Shown: piece after piece, positions 36,807 through 44,327 of the stretch | Layout: each line of letters starts with the position of its first letter | How positions within the stretch are numbered: the stretch's first letter is position 1 | NCBI GenBank assembly: GCA_002482815.1 | Contig: DLGS01000364.1 | Span: 1-44,327 of the forward strand | Direction of reading: 5' to 3' | From: Bacteroidetes bacterium UBA7688 | GTDB lineage: Bacteria > Bacteroidota > Bacteroidia > Chitinophagales > Chitinophagaceae | DNA length: 44,327 nt | Position numbers and translations under genes: made by a program | Notes under the pieces: generated by a model | What the model was told of the DNA's origin: nothing | What the model saw: only the letters and a program-made list of their open reading frames with translations | The model's database searches: none

Positions 36807-39800
36807 ATGCGGAAATTTTTTAAAATCACTTTGTACATCCTCGGAAGCATCATTTTGTTGCTTTTTATAGCTGTGCTTTTTATTATCAGTCCGCCTGGTA
36901 AAAGGTTTGTAAGAGATAAGGCTCTGGCCTTTCTTCGTGGCAAATTAAAAACTGAGGTTTATATCGGGGCTGTTGAATATTCTTTCCCAAAAATGGTTGG
37001 CCTCCGCGATGTTCTTTTGAAGGACCAAAATAAGGACACGCTATTGTCAGTTCATCTGCTGAAGGTTGATATTGACATGCTGAAACTCATTAACAGCAAG
37101 GTTTCTGTTAATGATCTTGTGTTGGAAAACGTGTATGCAAATGTTCATCGCAACAAGCCTGATACCAACTACAACTTTACGTATATCATAGAAGCTTTTG
37201 CGTCAAAAGATACAAGTGCCACGCCCAAACCAAAAGATACCACATCTTCTCCTTTTGTTTTTGATGTCGGAACGGTCAATTTGAAAGATATTCATATCCG
37301 GTTTGACGATGGCACAGGAGGGATTAATCTGGCTCTTGATTTGCAACAATTAAAAGTCAGGATGAAAGAGCTGGATCCGGCACAAATGGTTTTTCGCTTG
37401 AAAAGCTTATCAGTAAAGGGCTTGAGGTCTTCGTTTATTCAGGATACATCTTTGATTGTTAGCAGCGATACTAGCAAATCAAAACCTTTGACCTTGGCCG
37501 CGGATGAGTTGGATTTAAAAGATATAGCTTTCAATTTCCAAAGTAAGCTTACCAATTTTTTATTCGACCTGAACATGAAAAATTTGTTGGCTCACCCTGA
37601 CAACATCGACCTTGATAAACAAAGGATTGATGTCAAAGATTTGGTGTTGGATAATACAAGTGCTAAAGTTGTTATTGGAAAATATTCATCTGTTCCGAAA
37701 AAAGTAGAAGGCATTGTTGATACGCTAAATCAACAAGGCTGGGCAATCACCGTTAAAAAAATCAAACTTTCGGGGATTGATTTTGCAATGGATAATGAAA
37801 ATCTCGCCAGGCAAAAAGACGGAATCGATTATGGACATCTGGGCATTTCTTCTTTAAACTTTAAAGCTGAAAAAATTGATTATTCTGACAGTGCTATTTC
37901 CGGGAATGTGCAACAATTATCATTGAATGAGAAAAGCGGATTGTCTGTACAGGAATTGCGGACAAACTTTTTTTACAACGACACTATCGCACGGCTGAAT
38001 AAGCTTTACCTCAAAACTCCTTATACCGTTTTGCAGGATAATATCATCGTTAAATACCCTTCAATAGCCTCTCTGAGTAAAAATCTGGAAGCCTTACAGT
38101 TGAATGTTCAGTTGAAAAACTGTGTGGTTGGTATGCAGGACGTTTTGTTGTTTGCTCCTCAGCTTCGTCAGCAGGAAATGTTTAAAAATCAGACAAAGTC
38201 TTCTTTTAAATTCGATGCCTTATTAAACGGTTTTATGAACAATCTGGACATTAGCCGATTTCATTTAACTGCATTAAAAAGCACAGAAATTGATTTGAAG
38301 GGAAAGCTTACCGGCTTGCCTGATGCAAATAAGTTGGGTTATAATTTTGATATTCAAAAATTGATTTCCACCAGAAATGATCTTAATGATTTCATTCCTG
38401 CAAAAGCCCGCGAGAACGTAAGGCTTCCGGACGCATTCAGTATTAACGGTAAACTTTCCGGCACAGCAAAAGATTATTATCCCAACCTTAATCTTAAAAG
38501 TACCGATGGCAATGCAACGATAAAAGGTTTGTTGAGAATGTCGAAAGGAGAAGGACGTGAAATTTATGATTTGATCGTACAAACAGAGTCGCTCAATATT
38601 GGCAGGATTATCAAAAAGGATACACTTGTCGGGCCGGTTACTGCATACTTAAAAGTTAAAGGAAATAGTTTTGATGTAAAGAAAATGACAGCAGAAATTA
38701 ACGGTTCGGTTAAGTCTGCTATGGTAAAAGGTTATGCTTATCGTGACGTAAACTTTGATGGAAAAATGGCCGCGCAGCAAGGGAATTTACATTTGGTGTC
38801 TGCCGATCCTAATGCGCATTTGACGATGAATGCCGTTGCGGATTTGCGTAATAAGTATCCTTCCTTTCTGGCCGATTTGATTATTGATAGTATGGACTTG
38901 CAGGCATTGAAATTCTACAAAGAGCAAATGCGGATTCAGGCCAATATTCATGCAGATGTACCTGAACTGAATCCCGACTATCCCGATGGCGTGATAACAA
39001 TTAAAAATCCGGTAGTTGCTGCCAATTCTTCTGTTTATGCGCTCGACAGCATTTATGTTTCCTCAAAACCTAATGCCGACAGCGGACAAAATATTGTTGC
39101 CAACCTGGATTTCATGCAAGCTGCTATCAGTGGAAAAATTCCTTTGGCAAAAATTCCGGCGGCTATTCAGGAGCATATTGACCGTCATTATAAAATGGAA
39201 AAAGCAAAAGATTCTATTTCTGTTGCAAAAGCTGTCACAACGGACAAATCAGATTCTGCAAAAGTCCTATTGCCATCAGCGTATAACTTAAATGTAGCGG
39301 CAACTATTTATAACAATCCGTTTCTGGAAGCGTTTTTGCCGCAAATGAAGCGATTGGATACAGTAAGGATTAATGCGTCGATGAATGAAGCAAGCCTTGA
39401 TTTAACGGCATCTGCGCCACAGGTTATTTATGGAGAAAATAATTTGCAGGGTTTTAATCTTTTACTCACGGAAAGAGATTCCGGGCTTAATTATAATATT
39501 GAGCTTGATCGTTTTTCTCAAGGGAAATTACAATTGCTGAATACCACTGTTGTTGGAAAAGTTGACGCTAATCTCATTGCTGCGGATATTAAAACAGAAG
39601 ACGAAGAGGGTAAAAAAAGATTTGCTATCGGTGCAACACTTCAAAAGGAAGGCACAAATCAATCCCTTTCATTGAAAGAAGGTTTGATGCTGAATTATAC
39701 AAACTGGGATGTTGCACAACCAAATAAAGTAGTTTTTGGTGCGGAAGGATTCTATGTTCAGAATGTCAGCCTGACCGGCAACGGAGCCACCATTGCAGTA

Positions 39801-41870
39801 AACAGTGAAACACCTGTTTTTAATGCACCAATCAACGCAAGTATTGATAATTTTCACTTGTCAGACATCATGGAAATGGTTTCCGGAGACACGCTTTTTG
39901 CAGATGGCGTACTGGCCGGAAAAGCTCAGTTGAAACAAATGAAACCTGTACCTCTTGTTGAAGCAAATTTTTCAATTAATCAGCTTTCAGTTTTAGAAGA
40001 CACAATTGGAAATGTTGTTTTAAAAGCAGCCAATTCTGATGCTAATACAATTAACGCCCAGCTGGATGTTAGTGGTAATGGGAATGATATCCAGGTTAAG
40101 GGAGATTATTACACTAAGCTTGTAAACGGAAACAATTTCAATTTTACGCTTTTGCTGAATGCGCTTAACCTGAAAACATTTGAAGGGCTTACTCAAAATC
40201 AAATAAGAAACAGCTCAGGTTTTGTAAAAGGAAAAATTACCGCGAAAGGAACCGTTGCTAAGCCACTCTTAGAAGGAACCATTAATACGGATAATCTGAA
40301 AACGACAGTATCCGCTTTAAATGCAACCTTTAAAATGCCGCAGGAGAAAATAATTTTGAGTGAAAATGGACTCCGCTTTGACCAGTTCAAAATATTGGAT
40401 AGTTCCGGCCAGGCGGCAACAATCAATGGAAATATTGTGACAAGCGACTATAAAAATATGATGCTTGACTTGCAGGTGAAAGCAAAGAACTGGAAAGCAC
40501 TTAGTTCAACCAAAGTTGACAATAAAGTGTTTTATGGCAATCTGATTTTTACCACTAACCTCAATATTGATGGAAGCCTGACCAAACCGAATGTGAATGG
40601 CAGTCTGAATATTCAGAAGGGAACAAATGTCACTGTAGTTTTGCCGGACAGAGGCTTGGCTTTGGAAGATCAGGCAGGAATTGTGGTTTTTGTGGATAAG
40701 GATTCTGCTTCAAAACTAAGGCCGATACCTGCAAAAGATTCTACGTTGATCGCGAATTTATCTCCCGGTTCTGAAATAAATGTCAATATTACAACGGACG
40801 AAGAAGCAGAGTTCAACGTTATCATTGATCAGGCAACCGGTGATTTTTTAAGTGTTCGTGGTAAAGCTGCATTGAATACTTCTATTGACAGAGGTGGAAG
40901 TTTTTCTCTGAATGGATTATACGAATTGCATTCAGGCGCTTATCAGCTGAACTATAATCTGATCAAACGAAAATTTGATATTCAAAAAGGTAGTACCATC
41001 ACATTCGCCGGCGATCCCCTTGCTGCAGAAATGAATGTAACGGCTATTTACAAAACAAATGTTGCACCATACGATTTAGTTGAAAAGCAAGTGCCCGACG
41101 CTTCACAGCTTATTTATTACCGCCAGGCTCTGCCTTTTAATGTTGAGATGCATATGAAAGGGCCAATGCTTGAGCCGGATTTGAATTTTGATATTGTCCT
41201 TCCGGAAAACACGACTTATCGTATTTCTTCAGAAGCGGTTCAACTGGTGCAGACAAGATTAAATCAATTGCGCATTGATACATCAGAATTGAATAAGCAG
41301 GTTTTTGCATTGTTGATTTTGAAGCGATTTATTACAGATGATCCTTTTTCGTCTGGTAGTGGGAATTCGGCAGAGTTTGCTGCAAAGCAAAGTGTAAGCC
41401 GTTTCTTAGGTGAGCAATTAAACCAGTTTGCCAATCAATTGATCAATGGAGTTGATCTTTCTGTTGACCTTGCTTCTACCGAAGATTATACATCAGGGCA
41501 ACGAAGAGAACGGACTGATTTAAATGTTGCTGCTTCAAAACGTTTACTGAATGATCGTTTAAAAGTGACTATCGGAAATAATTTTGAGCTCGAGGGTCCA
41601 CAAACACAAGGAAACAATCAAAGCTCTTTAATTCCCGGTAACCTTGCAATTGATTATAGTCTCTCTGCAGACAACAGGTACATGATGAGGGCATATCGCC
41701 AAAACCAGGATCAGGGTGTTATCCAGGGATTTGTTACAGAAACAGGATTGAACTTTATCGTAAGCTATGACTACAATAAGTTCAAAAATCTTTTTATCAG
41801 CAAGAAGAAAATGGAAATGCGAAGGAAACAACGTCAAGAAAAACAACAACCCATTACAACTGTAAAATAA
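36807..41870 (+). CDS. tamB: Translocation/assembly module TamB (AsmA-like, DUF490)
   Basis: 1687 aa with one N-terminal TM anchor, a long beta-taco repeat region, and C-terminal GSTITFAGDP...ELNKQVFALLILKRF...LLNDRLKVTIG. Confidence 0.88.
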   Translation: MRKFFKITLYILGSIILLLFIAVLFIISPPGKRFVRDKALAFLRGKLKTEVYIGAVEYSFPKMVGLRDVLLKDQNKDTLLSVHLLKVDIDMLKLINSKVSVNDLVLENVYANVHRNKPDTNYNFTYIIEAFASKDTSATPKPKDTTSSPFVFDVGTVNLKDIHIRFDDGTGGINLALDLQQLKVRMKELDPAQMVFRLKSLSVKGLRSSFIQDTSLIVSSDTSKSKPLTLAADELDLKDIAFNFQSKLTNFLFDLNMKNLLAHPDNIDLDKQRIDVKDLVLDNTSAKVVIGKYSSVPKKVEGIVDTLNQQGWAITVKKIKLSGIDFAMDNENLARQKDGIDYGHLGISSLNFKAEKIDYSDSAISGNVQQLSLNEKSGLSVQELRTNFFYNDTIARLNKLYLKTPYTVLQDNIIVKYPSIASLSKNLEALQLNVQLKNCVVGMQDVLLFAPQLRQQEMFKNQTKSSFKFDALLNGFMNNLDISRFHLTALKSTEIDLKGKLTGLPDANKLGYNFDIQKLISTRNDLNDFIPAKARENVRLPDAFSINGKLSGTAKDYYPNLNLKSTDGNATIKGLLRMSKGEGREIYDLIVQTESLNIGRIIKKDTLVGPVTAYLKVKGNSFDVKKMTAEINGSVKSAMVKGYAYRDVNFDGKMAAQQGNLHLVSADPNAHLTMNAVADLRNKYPSFLADLIIDSMDLQALKFYKEQMRIQANIHADVPELNPDYPDGVITIKNPVVAANSSVYALDSIYVSSKPNADSGQNIVANLDFMQAAISGKIPLAKIPAAIQEHIDRHYKMEKAKDSISVAKAVTTDKSDSAKVLLPSAYNLNVAATIYNNPFLEAFLPQMKRLDTVRINASMNEASLDLTASAPQVIYGENNLQGFNLLLTERDSGLNYNIELDRFSQGKLQLLNTTVVGKVDANLIAADIKTEDEEGKKRFAIGATLQKEGTNQSLSLKEGLMLNYTNWDVAQPNKVVFGAEGFYVQNVSLTGNGATIAVNSETPVFNAPINASIDNFHLSDIMEMVSGDTLFADGVLAGKAQLKQMKPVPLVEANFSINQLSVLEDTIGNVVLKAANSDANTINAQLDVSGNGNDIQVKGDYYTKLVNGNNFNFTLLLNALNLKTFEGLTQNQIRNSSGFVKGKITAKGTVAKPLLEGTINTDNLKTTVSALNATFKMPQEKIILSENGLRFDQFKILDSSGQAATINGNIVTSDYKNMMLDLQVKAKNWKALSSTKVDNKVFYGNLIFTTNLNIDGSLTKPNVNGSLNIQKGTNVTVVLPDRGLALEDQAGIVVFVDKDSASKLRPIPAKDSTLIANLSPGSEINVNITTDEEAEFNVIIDQATGDFLSVRGKAALNTSIDRGGSFSLNGLYELHSGAYQLNYNLIKRKFDIQKGSTITFAGDPLAAEMNVTAIYKTNVAPYDLVEKQVPDASQLIYYRQALPFNVEMHMKGPMLEPDLNFDIVLPENTTYRISSEAVQLVQTRLNQLRIDTSELNKQVFALLILKRFITDDPFSSGSGNSAEFAAKQSVSRFLGEQLNQFANQLINGVDLSVDLASTEDYTSGQRRERTDLNVAASKRLLNDRLKVTIGNNFELEGPQTQGNNQSSLIPGNLAIDYSLSADNRYMMRAYRQNQDQGVIQGFVTETGLNFIVSYDYNKFKNLFISKKKMEMRRKQRQEKQQPITTVK

Positions 41871-44161
41871 TGCAATCTGCCGGCCGTCACATATTTTTCT
41901 ACACTTTTCTTGCAATGTTTATCTTATTGCAGTCTTGCAGTAATACAAAGAAATTGCCTCAGGGCGAATCCTTGTACCTTGGTTCCACCGTTCGTATAAA
42001 TGATAAAGCTGCCTCAAAAAAGGAGCGTAAATTATTGCGCAAAGATTTGAACGATGCGGTAAGGCCTGTGCCCAATAAAAAGTTTCTTGGCATGAGGATC
42101 AAATTGCGTTTGTACAATTTTGCAGGAGAACCTAAGAAACCCAAAGGTTTAAAAAACTGGTTGCGCAATAAAGTTGGAGAACCTCCTGTTCTTGCAAGTA
42201 GTGTCAATATCGCTTATGACGAAAAACTGCTCAAAAATGCTTTGCAAAACCGCGGCTATTTTTTTAACACTGTTGCAGGCACAATGGAAGTAAAAAGAAA
42301 AAAGGCCAAATCATATTTCGATATCACAACCGGTTATCAGTATAAAATCCGTGAAACGAATTTCCTGGACGATTCTTCCTCTCAGGTTGCAAAAGAGATA
42401 AATTCCAGCTCCGGAGCCACTCTTCTTAAGAAAGGCGCACCGTATAATCTTGAATTGATAAAAGGGGAACGTTTGCGAATTGAAAAAAATCTGAAAGAAA
42501 AGGGGTATTATTTTTTCAAACCTGATTATCTTTTTATCGAAGCCGACACGACAGTCGGAGATCATCTGGTCGATATGCGTATGCGTATTAAAAGGGATTC
42601 TGTTCCGGAAAATGCTTATAATGTTTACCGCATTAATGATATTTATTTGTACACAAATTATCAGCTCAACCGTAATAACAGAGATACAAACAGAAGTGAT
42701 GCGGTGCTGTACGAAGGCATTCACATTGTTGATAAAAGAAAAAAATACAGGCCTTTTTTGTTCAGGGACATGTTGATATTTCAAACTGGTGATATCTATA
42801 ATCGGACGCGTCAGAATACATCTATCAGCCGGCTTCTAAATCTGAATACTTTCAAATTTGTAAAAAACAGGTTTGATCCTGTTGGAGACACCTTGCTGGA
42901 TGTGTACTATTATTTAAGTGCGTTTCCGAAAAAGTCGCTGCGGTTTGAAATTGGTGCAAATACACAAAATGACAGTCGTGCCGGTTCCGAACTGAGTATC
43001 AGCTGGCGAAACAGAAATACATTCCGGGCCGCTGAAGAATTTATGGTGAAGCTTAATGGAGGATTCGAAACACAATATACCGGTATAGCGCAACAGCCCA
43101 GCATTTACACAGTTGGCGGGCAGGTCGGGTTTTCTTTTCCTTATTTCGTTGTTCCGTTTGCGCACATTCAATCAAACAGTGTTGTTGTCCCGCGCACTAT
43201 TGTTAAGGCTAATTACAGTTACGAATCTCAGCAAGGATTGCTGCGTATCAATTCATACAAATTATCGTTCGGCTACAACTGGAAAGAAACAATCCGTAAA
43301 GAACACCAATTATATCCATTCAATATTAATTACGTAAAAACCGACACTTTTAGCAGCCTTGCAACTCAGGCTACTTATGCCAATCTCTTGTTTAATGGTT
43401 TGATTATTGGACCGACTTATGAGTTCACTTATAACACACAGGTTAGCGGTACGAGTCCCGATAATTATTATTTTGATGGTTTAGCTGACTTTTCGGCCAT
43501 CGTTATTGGCGCAATTCAGAAGGCAGATTATCAAACTAACCCACAGGAAATTCTTGGACAGACCTACGCTCAATATGCCAAGTTTCAAACTGATTTCAGG
43601 TATTATCATCGCTATCCGAACGAGAATGTGTGGGCTAACCGGATATTGATAGGTGCAGGTTTGCCTTATGGAAATTCATCTCAATTACCCAACATCAAAC
43701 AGTTTTTTAGTGGTGGAAACAGCAGTCTTCGCGGGTTCAGGTCGCGACTGGTTGGGCCGGGCACCTTTAATGAGAAACAGGAAAAAGGAACGACAAATTA
43801 TATCCAGACATTAGGAGATTTAAAGTTAGAACTCAACTCTGAGATGCGTGTGAATATTTATAAATTTTTCAAAATGGGATTCTTCGTTGATGCCGGGAAT
43901 ATTTGGTTGTACAATGATAATCCGGCTTTCCCGGGTGGCAAATTCAGCAGTAAATTCCTGCGCGAACTGGCTGCTGATGCAGGTTTGGGCTTGCGATTTG
44001 ATTTTAAAATTTTAATGCTTCGTTTAGATTTGGCTATTCCGGTAAGGAAGCCGTGGTTGCCGGAAGGCGAACGCTGGGTGTTTAAACAAATTGATTTTGG
44101 TTCACCGGAATGGCGCAGCGATAACCTGATTTTCAATCTCGCAATTGGATATCCGTTTTAA
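41870..44161 (+). CDS. tamL: TamL: lipoprotein BamA/TamA (Omp85) family outer-membrane protein
   Basis: Lipobox LLQSC, GEPPV, POTRA regions, FFSGGNSSLRGF, FVDAGNIW, GLRFDF and terminal AIGYPF. TAATG overlap with tamB. Confidence 0.88.
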   Translation: MQSAGRHIFFYTFLAMFILLQSCSNTKKLPQGESLYLGSTVRINDKAASKKERKLLRKDLNDAVRPVPNKKFLGMRIKLRLYNFAGEPKKPKGLKNWLRNKVGEPPVLASSVNIAYDEKLLKNALQNRGYFFNTVAGTMEVKRKKAKSYFDITTGYQYKIRETNFLDDSSSQVAKEINSSSGATLLKKGAPYNLELIKGERLRIEKNLKEKGYYFFKPDYLFIEADTTVGDHLVDMRMRIKRDSVPENAYNVYRINDIYLYTNYQLNRNNRDTNRSDAVLYEGIHIVDKRKKYRPFLFRDMLIFQTGDIYNRTRQNTSISRLLNLNTFKFVKNRFDPVGDTLLDVYYYLSAFPKKSLRFEIGANTQNDSRAGSELSISWRNRNTFRAAEEFMVKLNGGFETQYTGIAQQPSIYTVGGQVGFSFPYFVVPFAHIQSNSVVVPRTIVKANYSYESQQGLLRINSYKLSFGYNWKETIRKEHQLYPFNINYVKTDTFSSLATQATYANLLFNGLIIGPTYEFTYNTQVSGTSPDNYYFDGLADFSAIVIGAIQKADYQTNPQEILGQTYAQYAKFQTDFRYYHRYPNENVWANRILIGAGLPYGNSSQLPNIKQFFSGGNSSLRGFRSRLVGPGTFNEKQEKGTTNYIQTLGDLKLELNSEMRVNIYKFFKMGFFVDAGNIWLYNDNPAFPGGKFSSKFLRELAADAGLGLRFDFKILMLRLDLAIPVRKPWLPEGERWVFKQIDFGSPEWRSDNLIFNLAIGYPF

Positions 44162-44327
44162 TCTTTGTGCATTAATTTTACTCTTTTCAACTCAATCAGA
44201 TTCATTGGATTACTTGAAAATCCCTGAACATTGTTTTGGGTAAAATGCATCAGCTGATCGTAAAATAATGGCACCAGAGGGGCATCCGATATGGCAATAC
44301 TATCCATTTCCCGATAAACTTTATACC
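44158..44327 (-). CDS. C-terminus of an ABC transporter substrate-binding protein (family 5, OppA/DppA-like), partial
   Basis: Not in the ORF track. Reads ...YKVYREMDSIAISDAPLVPLFYDQLMHFTQNNVQGFSSNPMNLIELKRVKLMHKD* with the stop at 44158-44160. Confidence 0.75.
   Translation of the reverse strand, partial: YKVYREMDSIAISDAPLVPLFYDQLMHFTQNNVQGFSSNPMNLIELKRVKLMHKD

Overview
A 44.3 kb chromosomal segment of a Bacteroidota bacterium, probably Chitinophagaceae-like (inferred from TAnnTTTG promoters, T9SS C-terminal domains and TamB-TamL). From left to right: (1) An AT-rich defence islet (about 388-4650). It carries a Nudix hydrolase translationally coupled to a SauUSI-like PLD-nuclease/SF2-helicase/DUF3427 enzyme, an Ogr/Delta-like zinc finger and a small hypothetical gene, and is bounded by a ~21-22 bp palindromic tandem repeat. 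(2) A cluster of secreted and T9SS cargo genes, including two paralogs with a homogenised C-terminal module. (3) Housekeeping genes: nadK, a POTRA/Omp85 gene broken by one in-frame TAA, YkgJ, an NMO/FabK-like oxidoreductase, an orphan MbnP-like lipoprotein, ABC-F, TPR and TerC. (4) The main feature, a ten-gene minus-strand operon (20207-31410) that appears to encode inositol-phosphoceramide synthesis from start to finish. It contains SPT, a GNAT ceramide-synthase-like gene, an SDR reductase, MIPS, PgpA, GtrA, a DUF5686-type outer-membrane barrel, a CDP-alcohol transferase fused to DUF4833, an AUR1/IPC-synthase-like PAP2 and a TetR. It has a candidate operator and may include its own lipid export route. 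(5) tRNA-Phe(GAA), followed by a divergent envelope/lipid block (DUF3276, nucleotidyltransferase, LtaS-like, PlsC-like, TamB, TamL) and the 3' end of an ABC substrate-binding gene. All family assignments come from motif recognition by eye; no searches were run.
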